Translations under genes and position numbers: made by a program
Assembly (NCBI GenBank): GCA_050273025.1
Contig: CP158636.1
Location: 930,001 to 994,000, forward strand
Source of the DNA: Cenococcum geophilum
Lineage: Eukaryota
Direction of reading: 5' to 3'
Length of the DNA: 64,000 bases
Shown here: positions 37,401-51,129 of the stretch, piece by piece
Position numbering within the stretch: the first letter of the stretch is position 1
How the letters are laid out: every line of letters begins with the position of its first letter
Notes under the pieces: model-generated
The model's input: the letters and a program-made list of their open reading frames with translations, nothing else
What the model was told of the DNA's origin: nothing
The model's database searches: none

Positions 37401-39443
37401 TAAAATTTATATTAAAGAAGTATTTATAAGATATAGAGCACTAAGTAAGATTATATCGGATAGAGATTTAAGATTCGTAGCAGTATTCTAGGAGGTATTC
37501 TTAGCGGAATAAGGAGTTAGAGTAGTAACTTTTACCGCATATTATCTGCAGACAGACGGTTAAATAAAAAGATTAAATTAGACACTAAAGTAGTATCTAA
37601 GGCATTATATTAATTACGCATAGAATAATTAGGTATTATTATTACTAGTTATATAGTTTATATATAATACAACACCTTAAGAAGGAATAGGCATATTACT
37701 ATTTAAGGCAAATTATGGATATAAGCTAAGAATATCGTTATTACTATAATAAGTAAAGAAAATAAGTAGTATAGCTAAAGAAAGAATAAAGACGTTAATA
37801 AATCTTTATATAGACCTTATAGAATTAGTAAAGAAAGTATAAGAAAGAATAAAAAAGTACTATAATACTAAGAGATTTAAGGGACTAGATCTTAGGGAGG
37901 GAGATAAAGTATAGCTACTATATAAAAATTTTAAAAGTTAATAACTAAGTAAGAAGTTAGACTACGTTAGACTAGGACCTTTTAAAATTAAGTAGAGAAT
38001 TTTACTAGTTATATTTAAGTTAAACCTACTAGCTAAGATAAAGATCTACCCTATATAGTATATCGTAATGCTAGAGCTAGTATATGGGAATATTAAGCTA
38101 CTAGTTTATAAAGCAGACACATATAGAGGATAGAAAGAAGATAAATGGTAAGTTTCTAGGATTATTAGTTATAAGGACGTTGACGATAAAATATAGTATG
38201 AGGTTAAGTAGATAGGTTACACTAAGACTACCTAAAAGCTACTAGAGAATTTAAAGAACGCTATAAGAAAGGTACAGGAGTATTAGAAGAAATTAGGTTA
38301 GGTAGCATTAATAAAAAAGGATCGCTAAAGAATAAGTTACCTAAGGGGGACTTAAGAAGAGCAGTTGCCGAGCTACTTAGATCTATTTTCTTCTCTATTA
38401 GAAGAGAATTTATTCTTTTATTACTAAGTTCTTATAGATCCTATTCTACTAGCTTCTACTCCTTAAAATAAACCTTTTTATAAACCTTCTTAAGACGAAG
38501 TAAGTAAGTAGATGCCGCAATATAAGTATCTAAAGCCTTCTGTTCCGCATTATAAGAACATTCTAACTTAGTAAAGGCTTAAGATAGTTTACTATCTAAC
38601 CGCGTAGTAGTAGATTAAATACGAGACCCTAAGACAAATTAATTAGGGAACTAAACGACTATTAAGAGTAATAGGTTGCGTATATTTAGCATTAAAAGTA
38701 GAGCGAATATCGCAGAACAAATAAATATTCGCTTTAGTGCACTCTAAGTAAGAGAATGGTTATTGCGAAGATGGACTTGCTAATATAACATAAACTAACC
38801 CCTTTTTTAAACAACAAGAATACGGAGATGGTATAATCTCACTAAGAGATAATATTGTAGTAATGGTGCGAGCACGACGTTAGGCGTATAAAGAAGAAAT
38901 TGCTTTAGGTATAATAAGTAATAATATTAACCAAATTAATTAGACGGATATTATACCTCTAGTAAATAACTTAAAGATATTAGAAATCTTTAAGGATAAA
39001 GATAAAGAGGAGGGAGATAGTATTACGGACGCTTTAAGTACAATGTTATAACTACTTAGGGAAGAGTCGGAAGAAGCTATTTAGTTAATTTAGGCATAGG
39101 CTAGAATAGAGCTGATAGAACTATATAATGAGGAATAGTAACTAAGGTTATATAATGTGCTATATATAGAATAAAAGAAACGGAAGGAACTTATGTACTT
39201 TATATATAAGACGTATATTATATATAAGAAGGATTTTATAGGAGTACAGTTGTGTATTTAAGGACCCTTAGTTCCTACCTAGATAGTTCCTTCCTTATAG
39301 TAATTCTTAGAATATAATTAGAGTTAATCTATTAGGCAACCACTCTACTAGTTATTATTACGCTATTAACTTTACCTTATATTACCTACATACCTAGCCT
39401 AATAATAAGCCTATCGTAGTCCTTACTACAAGGTTCCGTTATA
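31496..39443 (+). mobile_element. Gypsy family C copy 2, full length, no nested insertions; LTRs 31496-31918 and 39021-39443 (423 bp)
   Basis: TSD GTAGA; gag ATG 31964; ALIDSG protease ~35030; YF(D)DIII RT ~35995; integrase; chromodomain ~38140-38290; PPT before 39021. Confidence 0.95.
38300..38912 (-). pseudogene. Antisense accessory ORF of Gypsy C2 (homolog of 15307-15930)
   Basis: (M)PKAISS...EIIPSPYSCCLKKGLVYVILASPSSQ*PFSYLECTKANIYLFCDIR followed by a coiled-coil-like segment. Confidence 0.65.
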
Positions 39444-41998
39444 GTAGAACACTAGTAACCTTACTAAGCTTTTATTAAGCCTAAGTATCTAATTGTTTTA
39501 AGGTTTAGGAGGTAGCTTAAATACTACTAGTATACTTCTAGCAGTTTCGTCTACACTAGATCCTAAGGCGTTTTGCGGTTATATTGCTAGCGTATTACTA
39601 TTAGGTATAGGCGTTAATTTTTTTTAAGGTATTGTAGAAAAATTAAACTAGCTATCCTTCTAAGGGGATTGGAAAGGATTTAAAAATAAGGTAAAGATAT
39701 AAATAGGGAGTCTAATAATAGAATAATAGGTATATTATATAGATAGAGACAAATCCTTTAAGGAAAAAAAGGAGTCTATATATAAGGTAGGAAGGGTTTT
39801 CCCTAGGTATATATAGCGCACGTGCCTTATAGGTAAGTTACCCCTAGGTTACCTTAGGGCCGCCTATACCTTATAGCTATATAACTATTTACTTAGGTTT
39901 TACCTAATAGAATACTAATAGAATAAAGATAATAAGCTACTAGAAGAATATAAAAATAAAAACGCCTTATAGGTATTATAGCACTATTATAGACCTTAGT
40001 TAGGGGCTTAGCTAAGCCTTAACGCCATATATATAGACGTGTCCTTTCCTTAACCTTTGTTACGGAACCCTACCGTAGGGGCCTCTATAGGAGAGCCCCG
40101 TGCTCTTACGTACACCTTACATACAGCTTATATCAGCTACGCGTAGGTATATTACCTCCTTATACCCTCGACCCTTACAATTGATCGCGTAACGTCTTAT
40201 AGACTCCTCGAATACATACGCTTTGTAGCCACTGCCCCCGTCCCATAACATTACGTTGCGCCTTTTTTACCACTAACGCTTAGCCTATGACTAATTTTAC
40301 GTCTCTGTAATACTGTAGGCGCTGCTAAAAGCAGCGTATCTATAAATTATCTCACTTTACACTTTTAAGGAACCCACGATAGTAAGATAATATCCCTTAT
40401 TAGCTACTATATTAAACCTAAAGAATAATTTAGTACCTATACTTAACCTATAACGCCAATTAATCCTAGGAGAATTCGATTTATTAGCCCTAGCCTTAAC
40501 CCCTAAAAAGACGGACACTAATAATATTTTATCTTTTATTAACTATATAACTACGAATAAGCAAATAGAAAGGCTACTACCTATTAAAATTAAAATATAA
40601 GACGCTAAGATGTTTGCAAAAATAGTAGTACAAAACCCCGATAAATACTACTGCCTTTCATAAAACTACTACCTAAAGTTTATATAAGCTGAGATGCGTA
40701 CTGCCTAAGATCGTAATATTATCTAAGACCTATAAGCTTATAAGGCGCTCGCCAATAATATATGTTAAGAAACTAAAGATAACCTCCGCGTGTTTAAACG
40801 CGACGTTTAATAGTTAAAGAAGGCTAAGATTGCACTAATTGCTATAGTTACTAAAAGAGAAGGCACAATTAAATACCTATAATCTTAGCTTAATAAGCAT
40901 ATTCGTAATAACGCTAGATACCTCTTTACTATATATAACGCCACCCAAGTCTCTACGCCCCCGGCAACTTTACCTACTTAACGCTTAATAAAGGGCCAGT
41001 GCTAAGCAGCTTTACCTAATAGGAACCCCTACTAAAGTAGTAATAACAAAAGCTATAATAATTAGACCTAAATTGTTACCGTAGGGTCTAATATATACTA
41101 CCCTAATCCCCTAGTCTTTTAGGGAGACTATAAGGAATACAGCCACTAAAAGATATAAATCCGCAAAAAACTAACTTAGAGCGCCTGCCTTTTTCCTACG
41201 GAAGATATTAAGATTGGCTATATTATTAGGCGAATAAAGAGTATACTATTTAACAGACTCTTCGCCTAATAGGAGACTAGTAGCCCCTAGAAGTAGCAGT
41301 CCTACTAAGAAGTCCTTAATAATCTCAACTTAATATACCATAACTATAACCTACTGGCCACTAACCAAGTTAAACTATATGCCCTAAAGATAAGCCCTAC
41401 TAAATTATTTAATAAATTCTATGTTAAATTCTAGGAATACACTAGAGCCCTCGCCTAAGACGATACTAAAGACTAAAAGGACCTCCTTAAAAAAGTTACT
41501 TATTGCCTTAGTCACGCAGCTACCAGCTATAACTACAATAATGTTTATAATATAGTAGCAGCTCTATAGAAGATTAAACAATAACTAAATTAGATTGCTA
41601 CTGCTAACCCTTACCTAAAGACCTCTTTATAGAAGCCCCCTAGGCCTACTAAACCTATATATACTAAGCCACCGACGCCTACTACCTTAAGTACTACCAG
41701 AACTAATATTAATTTCTCTATACTAACCTTTCTATAAAAACTCCTAGATAGAGAGCGCGAGCTACTCTAGAAACTAGAACGCTGCTATAGATGCCGTTAA
41801 GAAGGCTATTATTACGATAACCTAAACTGCCTAATGGCTAGGTTTAGTAGCTACCGCCTAATACCTAACCTAATACCCTAAACACTAAATATATCGCTAC
41901 GTACTACTACCGTATAAGATAAAGACGCAGTAATAGTGGTAGAGTTAGATACGGAAACGGAAAACGCTAAGTCTTAGCCCTAAGTTATAGGTTAGAAC

Positions 41999-42379
41999 TA
42001 TTACGGAGTAAGCATAAGCGGTAATAATATATAGCGAAGTAGGTATTATTAAGCTATATACATAAACTGCGTAATAAAGTTAAGACGTTGCGTAAGGAAG
42101 GAAGGTAGGAAAACAGAAAAAAAGGGTATATATCGTTAACTTAGTTGCTTAGTTAACACATACATAGGCAGAATAGGGTTTAGGTTGTGGTCCTAGCAGA
42201 ACTTAGCAGAATTTAGTGGAACTTGGCAGAATATAGTAGAATGCCGTAGATTACCGTTAGATTGCCGTTAGATTGCCGTTAGATTGCCGTTAAATTGCTA
42301 TTTTGCGGTTAGTCTCTAATTGCTAAGTTAGTAGAAACAGGTGGACGTGTGCAAGGTATTACGGGGGTGTCCCGTAATA
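41999..42379 (-). mobile_element. Solo LTR of family E (381 bp) at the A2 gag-pol junction
   Basis: TSD AGAAC; reverse complement resembles 29870-30199 with an expanded GCCGTTAGATT tandem. Confidence 0.88.
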
Positions 42380-44518
42380 AGAACGCCCTAACGACGGAGG
42401 GATCTATATATTAGCTTACTTAATAGATAACTCTATAAAGATAAATAGACAGAAATAGATAGTTTTACTTATAATAGGAACTACTACTAAAAAATAATAT
42501 AAAAGCCGTTCTATAATTAATTACGAAGCTATTAATAAATTTATAAATACCTAATTTATGCGTACTTATAACCTACTTACCTTACCCCTTACTAAAGCCC
42601 GCGCCCTATAACTCGCTAACGGTAATTATACCGTATAGAAGATTACCTATATAGCATAACTCCACCTAGATATAAATGGGCACTAAGAAGAACTCTAGGC
42701 CTATATTACACTACTTACTAACTACCCTATTATTTTTAGAATAAACTAGCTTAAATAATATAACCCCGCTATTAACTAGAAGAAGAGAGAAGTAACCTTT
42801 AACTCTAAATACTGTAAAGAGACTTGCCTAGGGCATAGCCTAGCCACCTTTATTTACTCCCCAGGATATCAACCTAAGGAACCCCTTATTACCCTACCTA
42901 CAACTAACTACTACTATATAAGTGCCCCGGCCTTCTACCGTATAGTATATAAAAAAGGCTAGACCGTTATTATAGCTTTCTAATTATAACTATATAAGCT
43001 TAATAAAGAATAAAATTACGTCCTCTATAGTAATAGGATAGATATAGTCAACCTTTTAGAAGACGACGCCCCTACGGAATTCTATAGACTTTTACCTTTA
43101 GACTTTAAGAAGTTTATAAAGCTTAAAAAAGGACTTACTAACGAAGAACTCCGCAAGCTCCTCCTTAAGAGGTACTACGACTTTACCAATATATGCTTAT
43201 AAAAGAGCATAGATATACTCCCCCTATATTGACCTAATAACTATACCATTAATATTAAATAAGGAAAAATACTACCTTATAAGAGACCCTATCTAATATT
43301 AAAAGATAAACTTCTAGTTATAAAAAAGTATATTAACGAGCACCTTAATAAAGGATTTATTCGTCCTAGTATATTACTAGCAGCCACCCCTATCCTTCTT
43401 ACTAAGAAGCTAAAAAGAGGTATCTAATTCTACGTTAACTATAGAGGGCTTAACGCTATTACAATTAAAAACTAATACCTAGTACCGCTTATATGTGAGA
43501 CCCTTAAGCGGCTTAGTTAAGCTAAAATCTATACTAAGCTTAATATTATCGCCGCCTTTAACCATCTCTAAATACGGAAAGGTAATAAATATAAAACCGT
43601 ATTTGCATTGCGCTTCGGCCAATTTAAATATACTATTATACCCTTTAGCGTATATAACGGCCTAGGCACCTTTTAAAGCTATATTAATAACGCCTTATAG
43701 GACTACCTTAACAACTTCTGCTTTGCGTACCTAGACAATATACTTATTTATAGTAATAACCCCTCTAAGCATACTAAACACGTTTAAAAGGTCCTATAGC
43801 GCCTTAGGGACGTAGGACTTTATATTAATTTAAAGAAATGCGAATTCTTAGTTATAGAAGTAAAATACCTTAGACTAATTATTACTACTAAGGGTGTCCG
43901 TATGGACCCCAAGAAGGTACGTATAATTACTAAATAGCAAGCCTTTAACTATATTAAGGACGTATAAGCCTTCCTTAGTTTTGCCAACTTCTATCGGAAA
44001 TTTATATATAACTTCTTAGGCGTAGTAGTACTACTTACAGCAATAATATAAACAAAGGGCCTTTCTGTAAAAGGAAGAAAAACGCACTTATACTTTACCT
44101 AAACGCCTAAATGTAAGAAGGCGTTCTAAGACCTTAAAAATGCCTTTACTAAAGCACCTGTCCTAGCTTACTTTATACTAAAACAATAACTCTACCTTAA
44201 AACTAACTCCTCAGACTACGTTAACGTAGGCGTCCTCTCCTAAATAGGTAACGATAGTCTTCTTTACCTAGTCGTATTCTACTTATTTAAGCTTATACTA
44301 TAAAAGTATAACTATAAGATCTATAATAAAGAACTCCTTATAATTATATAAGCGTTTAAAGAATTCTAACCAGAACTCTCTTTAGTAAAGCCCGGCTAGC
44401 TAACTAAAGTCCTTACAGACTATCGCAACCTTAAGTACTTTATAACTATAAAGTAGCTAAACTAATACTAAGTACGTTGGAACGAGTTCCTCTCTAGTTT
44501 TAACCTTAAAATTGTATA

Positions 44519-44942
44519 ACGTATTCTACCACCAAGCCGGCCACCCCACCGAGCCGGCCACTTCAAAATACACCAAAAAGCCGATATTTTAATCTTAAAT
44601 ATCTTAACCACTACTTAATAATATTTTCTAAAAATTTAAATATAAGCTTTTATATACCTATTTTAGTATATATTATAATATTAGAGCGTGCAGCTTGGTG
44701 GTTATTATAATATAGAGTTTAGGGGTTAGAAATAGAGATATTTCTAAATATCTTAACAACCACCGAAGCGCATACTCTTATATTGTAATAAGTACTAAAA
44801 TAGGTATATAAGAGCTTATATTTAAATTTTTAGAAAATATTATTTAGTGGTGGTTGAGATATTTAAGATTAAAATATCGGCTTTTTGGTGTATTTTGAAG
44901 TGGCCGGCTTGGTGGGGTGGCCGGCTCAGTAGTAGAATACGT
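44519..44942. mobile_element. Pogo/Fot1-type MITE (424 bp, long TIRs)
   Basis: TA|ACGTATTCTAC...GTAGAATACGT|TA; inverted symmetry over more than 150 bp; CCGGCCAC motifs as in the TIR at 513. Confidence 0.92.
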
Positions 44943-44961
44943 TATAGACTAGGAGTATAAG

Positions 44962-47900
44962 TGTCGGTATACTCACTTTATTAACGTACACGAATATCAC
45001 TCAGGGTAGTACGTATGCGGTGTTGAAGTTGGTAGTTAATTGTTGTCTAGAAGTAAGGGGTTGCTCTAAGGTTAGATTAGTTAACCTCGCTCCGTGGTCT
45101 CGTGACCATATTACGTAATTAACGTTCCGACACTAGAGCAACTCTAAAAAAGAGGCTAATCTATACTCTAAAGTTAAGTCTACTTCTAGACTATACGTAG
45201 CGTATACGTAATAACGATTTTCTACTAAATTTTACTAAGTTGCCGAATTCTGCCAAATTCTGCTATGTTGCCAAATTCTGCTATTTTTTGCCAATTACAT
45301 AACCCGCAAACCACCTTCTATTACTCCTTACGTTCCACCCAACCTACAGCCTATATATTGACTTAGTTCGTGTTAATAAGTCGCTGTAGAGCGATACAAG
45401 GCTTCCCCTTAGTCATTGCGTCCGTAGAGTTAGCTTCACCATCGATCCATTTAACCTCTATAATCTACCGACGTTCGTAGGCTTATTATAGGCACATTAC
45501 ATTAATTATTAATCGCTTCTCTTATATAGTTCTAAGTCGTACAAGATAGTTGTATAGCGACTTAAAATTGGTATAAAGCATAAGCGGGAGGTTAATCTGT
45601 AGGACCTTGTCTATTATAGACTTGATAGCAACAGCGATATTAAAGCCGTGAGCTATTTTATAGAGTTTAGAAGCCAGAACGCTTCTAGTAACTCTTTTAT
45701 ACTTAATTAAGCTCTAATAGACGATATTGGCCTTCTTAGTTGCGTTAGTTAGTATAATAACATAGCTAATTTATAAAGAGAGGTCCTTATTATTAGCAAA
45801 TAAAGCGTCTATAAAGACTAAGAGCTATAGGGTCTTGGCCTCTAATTTAACAAACTTAAGACCTCTATATAAGTTCTAAATCTACTAACTTAGGCGCTTA
45901 TTTAACTCCTTTATGTCTACCTCCTTAGGATTAGTTACCTAGGTAGTAGAGGATAAGTTAAATAAAGCCTTTAGCTAACAGACTAAGGCAATATAGGCTC
46001 CTCTAGCGCGTTAAGCGATATACTAGTCCTTTAGCGTAAGTAGGCTATACGTAACTCCTCTAAAGCTAGTGCTATCTACTAGCGTAATATTAACTATACT
46101 AAGGTTCTTATACTAGCGCCTTTACGTTAGTGTAATACTTCTATCTTATATTAATTAAATAAGTCCTCTATTAAACTTAATTAGTATATTAGTGGTTAAT
46201 TACTCTTACTCCTTAGCTATAAATTCAGCCTTATATAGTTCGCTTTATTTAGCCTCTATAAAGGTATTATCTATAAGGAACAGCGTATTATTAGTCTATA
46301 GGCCGATAATTCTAAAAGGTTTATTACTATAAAGTAAGCAAGGGTTATACGTAGACTGGTCTATTTATAGCTGATTAATATAGTATAAATAGTATATCTT
46401 AAACTAGTGGTTTCTAGCTTTAGGTACTCTATAAAGTGGCTTTATAACCTTTAAAACGGAGTCCATATTAATTCCTAATTATTTATTTAGCTTATATAGC
46501 GGTTGTACGTAAAACTCGCGGTTTAGGTTTATAGTAGACTGGACGTAGGCTTATAAGATATCTTAGAGGTAAAGTCGTGTTTATAGTAGCATAGGAGCGA
46601 TATAGAGAATTAGCCGCTAGCTAACTTATTAAATTGTTAGTAACTAAGTAAGGACTAGCTCTTTCTCTAAATTATTATAGGCCTATATAACGAGTTATAA
46701 TTTCTTAAAGGCTTTATTAGTTCCCTTATTCTTAATCTTATTAATAAACCGTGAATTAAAGAGTCTAACCCCCTTTAGTATATTATATAGCTTAATAATC
46801 TTAAAGACGCCTTTCTTAAGTAGGCCTGTGACCTCCTTTTATTATAAAGCGCTGAATTAGGTGTTGTTATCGTTCTATAAGTAAATAGTAGTGTTAGCTA
46901 TATCTGCGGTATCATTATCCTATAAGTAGATAGCGATATCAGCAATATCCGCAATATTACCTATAAGAGCGCCCATATCTATCGTAGTGTCCATAACAGC
47001 CGTATCTGCGACGGCCGTAAGTAATAGGTATTTGCAGGGGCGACCTCTGCCTTACTTTAGTAGTAGCTATAGTTCGGCTTTAGGTAACAATTAAGGTTTA
47101 GCTAGTAAAGGTACTAGTTTATCTAATTTGACAGACTTTTATAGTTTAACTGGGTCTTATAGGTCTAGTAGGTAAGATTTTACAACCATAAAGTAGAAGG
47201 TTATAGGCCTATTTAGTAGCTTTACAGTATAGGTCTTACCGTTAACGGTAAGTAGTATATATAGTCCGTCCTAATAACCACTCTAGCTAATATTGCCTTC
47301 TCTCCAGACTAAAACAGGCGAACTAGGTGGGAGGCCATAAATAGCGTTAGTTTGTAGTCTATTTCGCATATTAAGAGCGTCAGCAATTTATTATTTAGCT
47401 CGTAGCTTCTAGATTTCCACTATTACTTTCTTAATAGCCGCAGCTCGCTATACAACTAAAGGCGATGGCGCGTCCGATTTAACTATTTAGGGGTAAGCTC
47501 TAAAGACTAGGAGTGTAGGGACTAGGCCTTCTAGGCTAGCCGTATTATTAATAGCTTTAAAGGCCATTTATAGGGCCATCTCCTTGCTAATTTTAGGGAT
47601 TTTAGTCGTAATGATTTAGTAGGCTTATTGTAGTGGACCATGGTAGCGTTTTACTATTCTAATAGAATTATATAATTTGACTAGGACTGACTTTATAGTT
47701 GCTTCTATAGTAGCAGCGTAGTGCTTAAACTTCTTACTAATAAAGTTCTTTTTAGCGTCTATAGTAATTAAGTCTGGTAGTTTTAAATAGCTATTAATTT
47801 AGCACATTTATAGAACGTCCTAAGTATACTTAGCGCTAATATCTTATAACTATCTGCCGGCTTAAAATTAAGTTGCTTTGTTAACTATGTATAGTAGGGG

Positions 47901-50900
47901 GGAGCCGCTAATATATATAATATTAACGATAATATTGTAATTAAAATTAACGTTATCTTATAGGGTAAAGCGGAATCTACCTAGAGATCTGCTAAACTTC
48001 TAGCAGTAGTGGCAGAGTCTAGTTAGTTCTTTAATAGCAAATCTATTAGTGTTATAGCCGTAGCCGGCCTTATTAAGAAGCTTTTATAGTCTATTAACTA
48101 ACGGGTAACTAAATTAACGGTATAGACGTCGTAGTTCTACGTTAGTTAAGTAGTAAGGGTTTATATTAAAAGACTTAACTAAATAAGACTATAAGGAGAA
48201 GCTCTATAAGAGAAATAGGTGGCCAAATCGTCTAACTACTGGCACCTTTTTAGTGCGAGTGATAATGACATCCTTTAGGTTATCGTATTTAATATAAAGT
48301 CTATCCATATCTGCTAAGTAAAGTAGGAAAGGAGTATCTGCTTTAATGATATGGAATTATACCTTGCCTATAGGGCTATTAATATCTATAGTTCCGATAG
48401 ACGTAGAGGCTCCAATCCTAAATTAGACAGTTACTTGGCCCTTAGTTAACGTGTTAAAACTTATAGACTTATCTACGGCCTATAGAGCTTAGAATTGGCC
48501 GTAGCTAGCTATAGACTTACGCGAAGCACCTATATTAATTATAATTCCCATAAAGACCGTTAAGGTATATTGTGACGCTGTGGCTATAGCCGTACTATAG
48601 GCAAATGGGTCAGTCTCTATGCAAGGTTCCGTAGTAGACTCCGTAGTGAGTTTTAAAGCCGTAAGTAGGTATATATAAGCCTTATTAGCTAGCTCTACAC
48701 TTATAGAGGTTGCTTCCTCTATAGTAAGTGTTTTAAAGGTAGTAATATAGGTAGAACTATTATTAGGTTCTCCGGCATCGCTCCTAAAGTTATCAGCGTC
48801 GTATATATAGGCTTTAAAGTCTAAGTTATCCTCTTTATCTCTTTCGCAGACGGCAACGTATTGTTTAAAGTGGTTATTAAAGTTGCCTTTATTACGGCCT
48901 TTAATATTAATAAAGCGTCTCTTATAGTCGTCTCTAGATTAATTACACTCCTTATCTATATATTTCTATAAATGGCAGTCCTCCTTCTTATAGACGTAGC
49001 GCTTGGCCTTTAGTCTGCCGTTAGTTCTATAGGGGCGATTGCTACTATAGCAATTAGTGTTTTAGTCTCAATTCTGGTTATTTCGGTAGTAGCGTCAATC
49101 CGTAAAAAAAGCTTAGTAAGACGATCTTATTAAGGCCTATAGGGGGTATTCTTTTTCCCACGTAATAATAGAGAATTATAGCTTACTAATTAACTAAGAG
49201 AGGTTTTCTAAAGGGTTGGAGACAGTAATACAGTATACTAGTACTCCCTAGCAAGTAGTAACCAACTTATTTATAAGAATACGGTTTATATAAAAGTCTA
49301 GGTATAGTCCATAATGTTACTTTAGCAGCTTATCTATAAGTAGTTAGAAGTTCTAATAAATTGACTTATTAGGGTTCTTATCTATAACTCCTTAGAGGGT
49401 TATACTATTCTACTTTATAAGGTTCTTACAGTAGTATTCTAGCCCTTTAAAGAATTGTTGTATATGGTTATAGGCTTTAGTAAAAGGTCTTAACTCGAGG
49501 TTACTGTTATAGTAGTGGTCCTAAGTAAGCCCCTTTAGCATACTAGGGAATACCACTACATAGCCTTCTAGTGGTAAGCCAGATCTCTTACAGATGTTAT
49601 AGAAGATAGTTAACTTAAAGTTAAAGCTGTCACTAACTCTATTGTACTTTTGGTCATCTATATAGATCTTTATAATCGTAGCTACCTCCTTATTATATCT
49701 AGGTCCTTGCCTAGGTCCTTACTCCACACTAGGTATAGCTAGTTTAGGTAGTGTATATATATATAGCTGCTGCAGTTACTATAGCTGCTGCAGTTACTGC
49801 TCTCTTAGCTATAGCAGTTGGTCAATAAGAGCATAGATTTGTTTGTAATTAGGGGATTAAGGACTAAAAGGGGTAGTAAGGGTAGCAGGGGTAGCAATTA
49901 GAGTAGCTAGTGGTGCAGTAATCGGAGTAGCTAGTAGTACAGCAATTGGAGTAGCTGGTGGAATTGGCAGAGTAGTTAGTGGTGGGGCTAGAGGTATAAA
50001 TATAGGTGTTTGCGTACTAGACCCAGGTGGTATTGTAACTATAGCTATACGCTAAGCCGATAGACTGTTATAAGTGTAGTTTAACCTATTTTATAGTGCT
50101 CTCGTAGCTAGTAGTTCTGCTAACTCCTTAATAGTTACTACGATCTCCTTATCTATCCATTAATACAGCTCTTCTTATTATATAACTTTAAATAATAGTT
50201 TGGATATAGTAACTCTATTACTAGGTTTGCCTACGTATACACCTCCTTTAAGGAGATGTTTTTGCAGCTTAGATCTAGTATCTATACGCATCTTCTTAAA
50301 GTTCTTTACTATAAACCCTTTAAACTACTCTTAAAAGATAGTCTATAAGTTATTGTCCGTAAGGTCTTATATTAGGTATATTATCATCTATATAAACTCT
50401 ACTAGTTTGTCCTTTATAGCCTTATCTACATTAATTCTATATCCGTATTTACTAGCTATTGCGGCCCATTCTTCCTCTATTTATACTATAGTTATAGATA
50501 TAAGGGTAGGTATAAGGGTAGGTCGTCGTTTAAGTGTTAAAGTAAGAGTGTAAAGGTGTATACGTGTCCTATTAACGAATCTACAGTTCTTAGATACTAT
50601 AGACGATTTTTAGCAAAGATATGGTCCTCTAGGCAATCTAACGTATTAACAGTTAAGTTAATACGTGGTTTTAAGCTTTAAGGGTCCTTTAGGCGATTTA
50701 ACGCGTCAACAGTTAAGCTAATGCGTGGTTTTAAGCTTTAAGGATAACGTAGCTCTTTTTAAGTAAAGATACAATTCTCTAGGCGATCTAACGCATTAGC
50801 AGGCTAATACGTGGTCTTAAGCTTTAAGGATAACGTAGTTTTCTCCTTTAACTAAAATAGGGCGATAGCTCTGCAATTTAACGCGTTAGCAGTTAAGCTA

Positions 50901-51129
50901 ATATATAGTTTTGAGCTTTGCTATTGCGTATTTCCTAATCTATACGTCTACTAATCAGTGTCGGTATACTCGCTTTATCAACATACACGAATATTACTCG
51001 TAGTAGTACGTATACGGTGTTAAAGTTAGTAGTTAATTATTATCTAAAAGTAAGGGGTTGCTCTAAGGTTAGATTAGTTAACCTCGCTCCGTAATCTCGT
51101 GACCATATCACGTGATTAACGTTCTAACA
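44962..51129 (-). mobile_element. Ty1/Copia element F (GalEa-like), full length; LTRs 44962-45132 and 50959-51129 (171 bp)
   Basis: TSD ATAAG; Copia order with integrase (NSIGIVERYH ~47650) before RT (KPLYGVP, GLQTDDTLFL ~46290) after de-RIP. Confidence 0.93.
50629..50920. repeat. Four degenerate ~55-bp direct repeats in the Copia F 5' leader
   Basis: TAGGC.AT.TAACGCGT..ACAGTTAAGCTAAT.CGTGGTTTTAAGCTTT near 50629, 50689, 50779, 50875. Confidence 0.8.

Larger units (their letters stand above)
30400..39632 (-). pseudogene. Gag-like pseudogene inside element H, interrupted by Gypsy C2 (pieces ~30400-31495 and 39449-39632)
   Basis: De-RIPed frame ...WDKFKTIVQDWVRNP..RRF.NA..Y....KENQRF..FLAYIRSL..., similar in pattern to the family B Gag. 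Ends approximate. Confidence 0.5.
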
